A stretch of DNA of 60,039 nt, counting the filler, from Asterionella formosa (taxonomy: Eukaryota): assembly GCA_002256025.1 (NCBI GenBank). It is 4 parts of 4 records of this genome, joined end to end, with 100 filler letters (N's around TTAATTAATTAA, not from the genome) between each part and the next. Parts side by side here need not be neighbours in the genome. Positions count along the whole stretch, not along the records: positions 30,096 to 45,023 come from NKIB01005675.1; positions 45,124 to 60,039 come from NKIB01005683.1; 2 more parts are not named here. The stretch is one strand, 5' to 3'. The notes beneath the pieces are model-generated. The model had not been told where the DNA came from. It made no database searches and saw only the letters and a program-made list of their open reading frames with translations. The translations under genes were made by a program, and so were the position numbers. Below, piece after piece: positions 36,425-48,272 of the stretch; positions within the stretch are counted from its first letter, which is position 1; each line of letters starts with the position of its first letter.

Positions 36425-39400
36425 ATGAGTGAAGCAAAGAAGGCTGGAACAGTCCTGGAGTCGGTCAAGGTCATTCCTTTCTATGGAACTGACACTACAA
36501 AGGGGGGAGTTGAACCCCGAGAATTTTTCAAGAAGGCTGAGGTATTTGCTGCCACAAACGGTTTCAAGAAGGTGTTACTCGAAGAAGGAGTTCTTCCAAG
36601 TTGGGCAGAGAAAAAAGATTTGACAAAAGAAGAGATGGAGTTGGTGAGACAAGATGGTGAAGCAAAGCATTTTCTTATTATGTCATGCAGAGGTGACGCT
36701 TTTGCAATCATTGAATCATATGAAACAGCATACCAAATGTTTCAAGCTCTCAAGGACCGGTACAACTCAAAGAAGACAAAAGATTTGGTAAAAGCAACAA
36801 CCAAACTTGAAAACTGTTACATGAAATCAGACATAGATGATCCCTACCTTTGGATTGTCGAAATGGAACGATTGAGCAGAGAAGTGGAAAAGTGCGAAAA
36901 TGGATCAAGACGCAGTGAAGAGCAAATGCAACCAACCATATTAGCAAGACTACCAAAACAAAGATATGAATCAGTGATTACATCTCTAAATGGAAACATT
37001 GGTACAAAAGGATTTTACAATAAGGAATTCATAGCTGAGATCATTGGCCACTATGAGTTGTTTGTGGAGCCATTCAAAAATCGTCAAAATCGCGAAAATC
37101 AAGATCAAAGAGAGAACAAGGAAAGGGGAAAGCATCCGGTTCTGAATACTACAAGTGGAAAAGGTGCCTGGAGAACCTTTAAAGGTAAATGCAACAAGTG
37201 TGGAAGACAAGGCCACAGCAGAAGCAATGGCAACAGCCACAACAGTGGAGAGAAAGACATTGAAAAACCGGAGGTGAAGTGCTACAGCTGCGGTGGATTT
37301 GGACACATTGCAAGAGATTGTCCAAAGAAGGAAGAGTCTGGTATGTTTGTTGGTATGACAATCCATGGAGCTGATATCCAGGAGGATGATGTCAAGAAGA
37401 ATCAAGAAGCTAAAACAGAGTATTTTGACACAAATAAATTCGCAATTGAATTTTTGCAAGAAATTGCAGACTATAACAGGAAGAAGAGAAGTGTCTTGAA
37501 AGACATAAGAGAATTTAAGTGGAAACCAAGAAAATACAACAACATCCAACAAGGGAAAAGCCAAAAGAAGAAAGTAGAGAAAAAGACCATGAGCTGGGCT
37601 GATATGTGTGAGACAAGTGATGAGGAAGATATGACGATGTCGACAAAAATGAGAACAGAGGAATTGTTCTTGATGAGAAAGACCTTATTTACCAGATGGA
37701 CAAAACAAGCCATGGAGCAGAATGGATGTGGGATGAGGAAGTTTTTGCTACAAATTCATTGAAAACCATGAGCCCTGTCACAGAGAGTGTACATGAAAGT
37801 TGGCTTGTTGACTCAGGGGCAACAACCCATGTGTCCATCAACACTATAAAAATGAGTAATTTGCAGACTGCAAGTGAAGGTGAGCATGTGAGGGTTGGAA
37901 GCAATGAAACCCTTAAGGCAACAGCGATTGGTGATATAACTCTGGAGCAGAAGGACACAAAGAAAACACTGAAATTGGAAAAAGTGATGGTTGTTCCCGG
38001 TTTTGCTCGAAATTTGATAAGTGTCGGCAGGTTGACAGAGGAAGGAAACGAATTTGTGGCTGGAAAAGAAGGATCCAAGATATTTGATGATTCTGGTGGC
38101 ATCATGAGTTTTGAGACAGGAACCGATGGTATGGCTTATCTGATTGCACAGCGTGTTGCTAGAGCAAAAGAGGTCTACAATATTGAATAAATTAAAAATG
38201 ATGATGGAATGATTAAGATACAGAAGAAAGAAATAATGAACATTATTGAGGCACACAGAAAATTTGGGCATGCAACAGAAAAATTGTTGCGAAAAATGCT
38301 GCAGGCACTTAAGATCATACCAGTTGGGAAAATGTTGGTGTGTGATGGCTGTGCACGAGCAAAAGCTACCCAGAAACGAACAAACAAGGTGACTACAGTG
38401 GTAGCAGAAAAACCTGGCGAGAAAATCTATATGGATACAAGTGGCCCATATTCAGAGACAGTGATGGGGTCACGTTATTGGTTTAAATTTGTTGATGACA
38501 AAACAAGGAAGTCATGGGATTTTTATGAAGCAAGAAAAAATGGCATAACAAAGGTACTGAAGGAAATTTTGGACAAGTTGAAGGCTGCTGGGAAGCCAGT
38601 ACAATATCTACGGTGTGACAATGCGGGCGAGCATATTTTTGAATTACGAAAAATATGTGAAGGAGACTATGGAATTCAGTTGGAGTACACAGTACCTCAC
38701 ACACCACTGCACAATGGAGTGGTGGAAAGGATGTTTTCACGTCATGCAAAACGTGCGCTGTCAATGATGATAATTTGCTGCATGGACCAAAGAGATGCAA
38801 GCTAAATTATGGGCTGAAGCGACAAAAACAGCAGCAATACTAGGAAAATCCCTTCCAAACACCCGAAGTGCAGTACCACCTGATGAGCTATTTTTATGGA
38901 AAACCTAGTGACATCTACACACACTTGATTGAGTTTGGAAGAGTTGGTTATATTACAAACAGGTCCACAATGAAAGGGAAGTTCAAAGAGAAAGCAAATC
39001 CCATGGTAATGATTGGCTATGGTGAGAACCATGCCAGGGCTGTGTATGGCATGTTTATGACCCTGAGTTGATTTTGGAGGAGCCAGAACCTCCAGAAGTG
39101 ATTGAAGAACCTGATGAGGACAGTCCCTCTATCCATATAATTCCCACATATGAGGATGAATTGGCAGAATCCACATCAAACCTGGATTTTAGATTGTCTG
39201 GAGCAGGGAGGAAGTATGAGGAGGAAAAGAAAACTTTAGAAGAAAAAGACTCAAGAATTGAGCAAGAAAATGAAGAGGATGATGAAGAAAGGAGTGATGA
39301 GTCAAATTCGAAGCAGACAGACGACAGTGATGTTGATGCCTTGTCAGAAATTTATAGACGAACAAATGCTCCAGAAATGGAAATGTATGGAGCAGATGAG

Positions 39401-41269
39401 ACTGTGGAAGCTGGTGAGCAAGCTGAGAGACCACAACACAATTCGACAAGGTTGAAAAATGAAATGAAACGGCTGGGAATTGAAGTGCCAATCATGATTG
39501 AAGATGGTGAAATTGGAATAAGAACACGCAGTAAGACGGATCAAGTGGCATTCAATGCAACACTAGTAGTGTCAGATCCTGGAGAACCTAAGACATTTCG
39601 GAAAGCCATGGATGGTAAAAGCCGTGACAAGTGGGAACCATCAGCAAGAGCAGAAATCAATAACTTTTTATCAAGAGATGCATGGTGGCATAGGTTTCCA
39701 AGAGAAAATCTGAAGGACCGTAAGCCCATACCTGTGAAAAGGATAGTCAAGGTGAAGGAGGAACAAGATGGTTCAAAAAGGTTCAAGAGCAGGATTGTGC
39801 TGAAGTGCTATGTGATGATGGTCCCAGGAGTGGACTATACGGAGTCTTTTTCGCCAGTCGCAACAGATACAACAGTCAGGACAGCAATTGCTATGGCTTT
39901 ATATTGCTCGCCAGAATGAAGAATGGACCATTGAGATGATAGACATCGAAGCAGCGTTCTTAAATGCAGAATTTGAATCAGACAGGCCAGTATAGTATGC
40001 AGAATGGCCAGAAGGCATGGTGGAACTTGGATTTATTACAGAAGAAGAAAAGAAGGAGTTTTGCACCACACTGACAAGAGCCATGTTTGATGGAGTCGAT
40101 GTCCAAAGACTTTAATGAAGACACTGTGCAAATACTTAACAAAGGAAATGAAGATGACTCAGAGCTTGGTGGATCCATGTTTATATTACTGGAAGAGTAA
40201 AGTAGATGAAGTCATTCTGATGGCTGTGGTACATGATGATGACGTTTTTTTGATTGGAAGAAAGACAAAAATTGAACTTCAAGTTGGAAATACAGAAGAG
40301 GTTTAATATTTCGGATTTGGGAATATTGAAGAATCATCTTGGCGTATAGTATGAATGAAAAACTGATAAAAATGGTGAAATCTACATTGTGGGTAGTATG
40401 ACAAAGTTGGAGGATGAAATTATTGAGTCATTCGAAAATATAATTGGGAAGAATGTTAAGGAGACAGAGACACCAGGATATCCAAACAAGTTCCTAAGGA
40501 AGGATCAAGGAGGAGAACCAGTAAAAATGACGGAATAACGTTCTTTGGTTGGAAAAGTAATGTATTTGATGACAAAGTTGGCACCAGATTTCACGAGAGT
40601 TGGCACAACATCTGTCAAACCCAGGCGAGGAGCACTGGAAAGCACTTGAAAGACTGGTTGGAAAAATTAAAGCAAGATACTATGATGGGTTGACATATCG
40701 GAGCCCAAAGGAGCTGAGGCCTATATCAAATGTGGACTCAGACTATGCAAAGAATATTGATAGCAGGAAGAGCGTTTTTTCTGGTCTACATACAATCGGT
40801 GGTACATTGGTGAACTGGGAGTCAAAGACACAACATGTAATTACATTGTAAAGCACAGAAGCGGAGTATATCAGTTTGGCAAAAGGAGCATGTGAGAACA
40901 AGTTCATATCCATGCTACTTGCTTGAAGAAGTGATGCAATATCCAAAAGAGGAGAATTTGTTTGTTGGGCTTGTATAGAAAGACAATTTAGGAGCTATCT
41001 ATTTGGTACTAAAGACCCAACATGTGGGTGCAAGGACAAAGCATATTGATGTCAGGGCACATTTCATCCGAGAACTTGAAGATCAAGGATATTTGATGGT
41101 ACATTTTGTACGATCGGAAGAGAACTCAGCTGACATACTAAGCAAGAACGGTCCAGAGAAGTTGCACACAAAGCACGCAGCAAGGATAAGAAATGGGAAT
41201 CTTGAATGTTGGAGAGAGGATGTCGAGGATAAACGACTACTGTTAGCAGACAGTAGTATATCTAGCTAG
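36425..41269 (+). pseudogene. Copia gag-pol polyprotein with many stops and frameshifts
   Basis: Zn knuckle CYSCGGFGHIARDC; protease WLVDSGATTH; integrase HRKFGH..CDGC, YMDTSGP, LRCDNAGE, NGVVER; RT PGVDYTESFSPV with VHDDD at the YVDD position; RNase H VDSDYA and RTKHIDVRAHFIRE. Confidence 0.93.
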
Positions 41270-41732
41270 TACTGTAATGACTGCACAATCTGCACAACCG
41301 ACAGTCGTGGTGAGGAATTCCATGGAACAAGAAGGTCAGATCAGGAAAATATATGCTGGATTCGTAAATGGAATAGCAATTCCTACAGAGCAAGTCCAAC
41401 ATGCAAGATTAAATGATAAGACTGAGAGGAGTGGAATTGCAAATCGTATGAAATAGACCAATGAGAAAGAGTGGATTGAGGTGAAGAACAAATCCAAGAA
41501 AGTAAGATTCGTGAAACAAGATCAATTTGGTAAGACCAAGTAATTCGGCAGGATTGATAGAATTTGGTAAGATTGATAGAAAAAGTAATCTGATGTAATC
41601 ACAACATTGAAAGAGGTTAATCTAAAAGTAGATTAAAGTGTTATCAAAAACTAGCTAGTAGTGGAGAACAAGTAGTACTGGACACTAGACGTGTAAGTAC
41701 TATCAAGGAGATCTGGCTGGAACATCTCAACA
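41221..41732 (+). repeat. 3' LTR (512 bp)
   Basis: TGTCGAGGATAAAC...CATCTCAACA, directly after the polypurine tract. Confidence 0.95.
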
Positions 41733-41903
41733 TATATTTACTCACAGCTAATTTATTTTAAAGAACAAAATTACAGTACCGGTACTCACCAGATTTTGAG
41801 TGCTCATATCATTTCAGCTGAAATGACGTAACATATCGTGATCCGATTATTATTACTAGTCTTTATTATGCTCGCCTATATACCTGGCTAAATAGTGTGA
41901 ACC

Positions 41904-44075
41904 TGTTGAAAGGTCTCGTACTTCTTCCCGTCTGACTGGTTCCTCTTACATAGGACTTACCTGTTATACCACTAGTATTGTTATCTTCTTTCTGCTGCTA
42001 GCCTTCGTGCTAGTTTTCGCTATTGACCTTACTCTGTCAATTCTCACTGTTTCTTAATTGTAAGCTTAAACTAAAATTAAGTTTCAATCCCATTCATCAC
42101 ACTTCGAGAACCTGTTCTTCGTGTTCCCTTTTCGTTGATGTAAACCTTCTTTTGATTGATCTAAGTCATCAATCTCGTTAGCAACCTTCTTGACATGGGA
42201 ACGCACCATTTGACTCATTGGACTATAGTCGAGTCCACAGTCCTTGTGACTCATTATAGCCATTGAGGCTATATTCTTGACATCCTCTTCGTTACGATGT
42301 TCAAGAAGTTCTAAAATTGTACCACTCAGTACAGGTCCAGATAACCTTGTAAAAATCTGCTCTTTGACATTCTCCGTCAAAATGTCTGCTGGATTGTTTT
42401 CTGATCTTAGAAAAACAATATGCAACTCACCCTCATCTATCATGTTCTTGACATGATGAAACTTAATATCAATGTGTTTTGTTCTTTTTCCAAGTTGTTG
42501 ATTCTTTGCTGTGAATATTGCACCTGTATTATCCTCACATAAAATGCTTGGTAGGATATTTTTGCCACCTGTCACTTCGTTGAGTAACATTGCAATAAAT
42601 TTGATCTCTTGAGCACATTGCGACATCGCAACGTATTCTGCTTCTGTGCTTGACAGCGTAATGGATGACTGGCCCTTTGATTGCCAACTGATCAACGCAC
42701 CACCAATGGTAACCAGAAAACCCGTATTACTTTTCCGGCTTACCTTATTAGCAGCCCAGTCACTATCAACATATGCGATAACCCTTAATTCCTTAGGTTT
42801 TCGAATCTTGAGAACTCTGTCCAATTTGCTTGATAAGAATCCAACAACTCGTGAAACTCCATCCCAGTGTTCTTCGCCTGGACAGCTTAAATACCACGAT
42901 AATTCACATACTGCATTGGCACAGTCCGGGGAATCTTTCTTAGTAGACCATAATAATTTCCCAACAATCTTGCGATATTCCGCCTCCATAATAGTTTCTC
43001 CATTATTGGCTCCTAATGTTTTTCCTGGTGCGCCTGGTGTCACATAAGACTTTATCTTCTTACCAGTAAGCATCTCATATTCCAGTGGCATTTCAGTACG
43101 AAATTTCTTCAGCTGTACTTCCCAGTATTCTCCAAATTTGTCATACTTGCGCATATATTCCACACCTAAATGTTTTCGTAGGGGACCTTGTTCCGTGATA
43201 TTAAAATCCTCCTTGATCATATTTTTCATGTAGTCCACTGCATTTCTGGTACCACAAATAATTCCATCATCCACGTAGTTTGCCAACAGCCCTTCAACTT
43301 TTCCATCGTTGTTACGGTAGATAAACAACATTGGGTCTATTTTGCTTTTCGTTATTACTGTCTTGCTGGTGACGCATTTCGCAAATGTCTTGGACCAGCA
43401 TCTTGTAGCTTGTACAATTCCATACATAGCCTTAATTAGTTTGCAGATATGTATATTCTGATCAATCTCTGTCAATCCTTCTGGGGGTCAATATAAATGT
43501 CTTCGTCGACGTCAGCATTTAAAAACGCTGCTTCAACATCGATTGCTTCCGCTATCCAACCATGGTACAAAGTAACAGCCAGAACAGTTTTTATTGTAGC
43601 ATCACTTGCAACAGGAGCAAATGTCTCAGTAAAATCGACTCCCGGGATTTGTTCATATCCCTTCACAACCAACCGTGCCTTGTATACTGTCTTGCTGGTT
43701 CTCACGTCCTCCTTCATACGGAAGACCCACCTTGTCTTAAGAGCTCGCTTGTTCACGTCATTTCTCTTAACTATTTTCAACACTCCTCTTGCTTTGAAGT
43801 TTTCAAATTCTTTCTTTATAGCTTTCATCCACTCTTTGCGATCAGGTCTTACCATTGCCTCATTATAACTATTTGGTAAACCTGGGTCCGATGCAAGACT
43901 TACATTGAATACGAAATTTACTTCAGTTTCCTTTTTCGAAGAAGCTTCCTCCTCAATCACATTTGGTAGTGAAGTGTCTGGAGTGAATTTAACACTTTTA
44001 GTTGGATTATACAATGAGTCCAACTTCCTCATTTCTCGTTCCAACTTTGCCTGTTTAGATAGGAGCGTAGTTGGG
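41904..44075 (-). mobile_element. Second, 5'-truncated Ty1/copia element: RT-RNase H plus a probable 3' LTR (41904-42282)
   Basis: YKARLVVKGYEQIPGVDFTETFAPV, IDVEAAFLN, KAMYGIVQA, YVDD, YVDSDWA, SSTEAEY and RTKHIDIK; one frameshift at ~43473. On the minus strand, GAAGAGGA is followed by TGTCAAG...CCTTTCAACA. Confidence 0.9.
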
Positions 44076-45023
44076 TATTTACATCTACAACGCCGATTAC
44101 TGGTACAGCCGCCACAAAAAAAACGCTAGTCAAATATGATCACCCAAATTAATTATTTGGGTGGCCCAATATGACGAATTTACCTACGTACATAATTTAA
44201 GGGTATGACATCACAAAAAAATATGATGCATCATACAATATATATGGACGGAGTGAACTAAAATAGTTTCGACAACTTCCATAATTATTTTAGAAACCCA
44301 CATAATTTTTGGGGCCAACTGACAATATTTTCTTGCGACAGGAAGAAAAATTTGTTCAGTAATAATCTCTATAATACGGTACTTTTCTCGACAATTCGCA
44401 ACATTTCCGTTCACAAATATTCTTCACTCTGACTACCATTAATTCTGTTAGTTTGCTCCCATTTTATCTTTACTTTGATCACATTAATACCTCAAGGTTA
44501 AAAAAATATATATGCTAGTCAAACAAATAATTATGTGTAACCAATTCACTTTTTCAATTTCATTCTACAATCGCAAAATCAATCAAATTAATCGCTTCGC
44601 TATATAGTAGTTTATATTGATACTTTCTATAGAACGTGATTCTCAAACCAATACGACAAGCAATGGATGTTCATTCTTGCAGCTGGATGCTGTAACAACT
44701 CACAAGATTGCCTGGCTACTCATACTTGCAGGAGTCCCTGTTGCTAGTATCGGTAGATCAATTCATAGCAAATGAGCCGGCTGCTCATTCTCATTGCTCA
44801 GATTGATTGTCTGCTGTAGAAACAAGAGGGCAACAGCATTTGCAGAGTGAGTTGATGAGATATCAAAAGTTGCGAAGCCATGATTTCGGTTCTGTGTGCT
44901 CCTTACCATGTTCCCCAATGGCCATCCCAGCCCTCATCAAATTGATTGTCTGCAATCAGTGAACAACGGTCGCAGAGTGAGTTCATGGACGAACAATTTT
45001 TACAAAGGCATCGTTCTTGTTGT

Positions 45024-45123
45024 NNNNNNNNNNNNNNNNNNNNNNNNNNNNNNNNNNNNNNNNNNNNTTAATTAATTAANNNNNNNNNNNNNNNNNNNNN
45101 NNNNNNNNNNNNNNNNNNNNNNN
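45024..45123. other. Artificial scaffold-joining spacer
   Basis: N44-TTAATTAATTAA-N44. Confidence 0.97.
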
Positions 45124-46843
45124 TACAAATGTACTAGCACCAGTACTCCGAGTGGTACCAGGCTACCAGGTACCAGATACCATGGAGGGACCGGTAGCGC
45201 ACGTTCTGTTCGCACCTTTCAATTTCGACACACTCCCAAGAGATCGTCTCATGCCCGCCAGACAAGATAGACTGGCATTTTATTCCAAACTCTCTCAAGT
45301 AACTTTCTTCATTGTTAAACTATCATTCATAAAATCCAAGTCATCTTTCTGATACTCGAAATCGTGTTTACCTACTCCCACCGGTAATGGTATTCAGCAA
45401 ATGGATGACGATTTGCTAATGGAATACACCAATCAATAACTTCCAGTCATAGTCAGCAGTTTCTAGTTGTAGTCAACAAATTCTTGTTGCATGTCATGGA
45501 TCAGCACCAATCATAAATAAAGAGTCATTTTGAAAATGTCAATGGACTCAAACAAAATTTCGTTCAACCTACAGATTACTGTAGTGTACTAGCCTGCTGC
45601 ATACTGTGAAAGTGTCAAATCTGTTTGTAACTTCATTCGTTTGTTGAATTTCGCATCATCTAAACTATGTGAAGCAATGCGCTGTCAACGAATTCAATTT
45701 TCGTGGTCAATATTAGTGTTCGTTATTACAATTATTTTTTACGATTGTATTATCAACGTTGCTTGTGTTAGATATTTTTACCAAATAGCATAGTGTAATT
45801 TTCATTTTCCATGGAGAAATTCGTAATGATGGTCAAGGCAGAGACGGCATGATACAGGATTCTCCGTAGTGTTTATTATACAGAAAGAAATTGCAACATC
45901 TAGGCTAAATAATTATATAGTAGCGTCTATGACAAGGGCTACCTCGGGAACTCTGAAAAAAATCTATGTAGCCATCATGGTATATTTGTGATAAGTGATA
46001 TGTATGATATTGCAAATACGGTAGTACTACTTATAGCGGTACCCCGGTTGTAGTAGGTTGTTGCATCTGGAATGATAATGACTGTGATCAAGTTTAGTGT
46101 AGATATGATGTTACATATGCTTATATGCATTATTGGAGAGGCTATCAGGGGGTAGTGGTTGTGTTCGTTCATGTATATACTTCATAGGAATGAGGGTCAT
46201 TCAGACAATCTATTCTCATTCGCAAGTTCTAGGCATTGTCATCAAATTCTAGTCATAGTCAGCAGTTTCTAGTCGTAGCTAGTACTGGGCAGGTTGTAGG
46301 TGAGACATATGGCAAAAGCAAACGAAGACATATGTGCAGACGAGCACATTCCTGAGGAAAATCTGACAATCTGTCCTGCGTCACATCTTAGTCCTTCAAG
46401 AAAATGGTTGTGACGGTTGAAGGACTAGCCAAGTGGCAGGAGAACGTTTTACAAATACGGATTTGAATCAGTTTAGGGTTGCGGCCCGGCCGGCTTAACT
46501 CTAGTTCGGAGAAAACGTCGATAGGGTTGTAAAAACAGCAGGGGGGAACACTACTATGAATTCCCATGATTCGAGTTTGTAATTAAACAGGAATCGGCGC
46601 CAGATTGATAGAGTTCCATTTTAAACAAACAAAAAAGATATTTAATCGTTAATACTTTATTTACGTTGCTGAGGAGTGTAGACATAATTTTGCTCAACAA
46701 TGCCAAAACACGTATATAAATCAGGAGTATGCTATCATGTATACTCATGGCTCTTGTTTATACGTTGATAATGAATCTAAGTTGCTGTTTGTAGTTTTAA
46801 TACCACTACTCCATACACAAAGGTGTATACCGGTATTTAAATC

Positions 46844-46927
46844 AGTACCGGAATCCCAGAGTAATGGTATTTTGGTACTCAGAGTACTGGAATCCCAGAG
46901 TAACGGTATTTCGGTACTCAGAGTACC
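46844..46927. repeat. 39-bp tandem duplication (2 units)
   Basis: AGTAC(C/T)GGAATCCCAGAGTAA(T/C)GGTATTT(T/C)GGTACTCAG at 46844 and 46883. Confidence 0.85.
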
Positions 46928-47354
46928 AGCCAGGTAGTACATTATCTTGGTTCATGATGATACTAGTACCGGTACTGATTTTACCTACCACCAGTAAACA
47001 GTACATCTAATACGTGTGGTTCAAGTGTGGCTGGCGTGATTTTACAAGACCGGAATACTTCAGCCAATCTGAAACAGGTGAGTAAATTCAATTCAACTAA
47101 TCAGAATATGTGTAGTGATGCGGGAGCTTACCCTGGAGTCTTTTCGACCTTAGAATTATACAGCAAAAACATACCTACGCAAGACTAAAAGTATACGAGA
47201 AGGATTTTGCATGTACAAATTCTGATTCCAATCTTTTGGCAACTGTTGAAAAAGCCGATCGGGTCGACTTTTTGGAGGAGGTTCACTCAACATCTACGGG
47301 GTTTCATGAAGAAGGAAATAGATAGCCGTTTACCCTATAACGTCAGGAGTTAAC

Positions 47355-47478
47355 TTCTGCAGAGAAGTGGCACCAGTTATCCCTCGTAGATTTTTTGAAA
47401 AGCTTCATAACCCCCTTTTTTGACTATTTTTTGGATAGTTACGATTCCAAGGGGGATAACTGCCACTTCTCTCCAGAA
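47355..47478. repeat. ~28-bp imperfect inverted repeat around a ~70-nt loop
   Basis: TTCTGCAGAGAAGTGGCACCAGTTATCCC ... GGGATAACTGCCACTTCTCTCCAGAA. Confidence 0.75.
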
Positions 47479-47692
47479 ATGAGGTCCCTATCATATCTGA
47501 ATTTAGAACATACCCCTTAAGTGGAGCAATGACTTTATCTAGTAAGCATATGCAAAGTGGTCGGATTGTTGAAAGCTAATTTTACCTTTAACCATTCTAT
47601 TTAGATGTATTTTATGTGTGGATTGAGGTTCATCATAAATATGTTTTGGGAAAAAAAAGACCTTGCACTGTGTAACTGCGGGGCATCAGTCT

Positions 47693-47780
47693 TAAGGTTG
47701 GTAATTTTGGTGAAACTAAAAGTTTAGTAATCTTTATCCCATATTAAATTGTTTATTTAACTTACATGACCGCAACTTGC
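47693..47780. mobile_element. ~88-bp MITE-like element, copy 4
   Basis: GGTAATTTTGGTGAAAC...TCTTTATCCCATATTAAATTGTTTATTTAA...ATGACCGCAACTTGC. Confidence 0.75.
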
Positions 47781-47929
47781 TGGTATATATATGTACACTA
47801 CATTTGTGTGATGCAGGGGATCATACATACGGTAGTAGAAGTACTGAAAAAGGTTTTCTCGGGGTTGTCAAACTTACAGACGACATCGTAGTATCTTCTG
47901 CACTTGATTCCCAGGACTACTGGTACATG

Positions 47930-48019
47930 GCAAATTGAGGTCATTTTGCTTAAATGATCATTTTAATATGGGATAAAAACAGCTAAACTTATAGTTTCAG
48001 CAAAATTACCGCAACTAGC
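47930..48019. mobile_element. ~88-bp MITE-like element, copy 5 (inverted relative to copy 4)
   Basis: GCAAATTGAGGTCATTTTGCTTAAA...AATATGGGATAAA...AGCAAAATTACCGCAACTAGC. Confidence 0.75.
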
Positions 48020-48272
48020 TCTTATACTGGTACCGGTAATACTGTGTTTAATGGTGTATAAGACGTAGAAAGAAGTGTCCGTTATTGGCGGTTCGCGCAA
48101 TGAGCAGCAGCCTGCCGGCCTCTCCTATTGGCCGTTGTTATTTCCGGCTCACAATTTCCTTTCATGTGACTAGCAGCACATTTCATTCTTTGCCGTCGAT
48201 CTCGTGCGCCATTTTCATAGAGACTCAAACGTTTGCCAACAAAATCCAAACAAAAAAAAGGTTTTCAAAACC

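Larger units (their letters stand above)
35853..41732 (+). mobile_element. Complete Ty1/copia LTR retrotransposon, non-autonomous (internal region disabled)
   Basis: LTRs at 35853-36360 and 41221-41732 (TG...CA); polypurine tract GGAGAGAGGA at 41211-41220; TATATT on both flanks; domain order gag-PR-IN-RT-RH. Confidence 0.97.
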
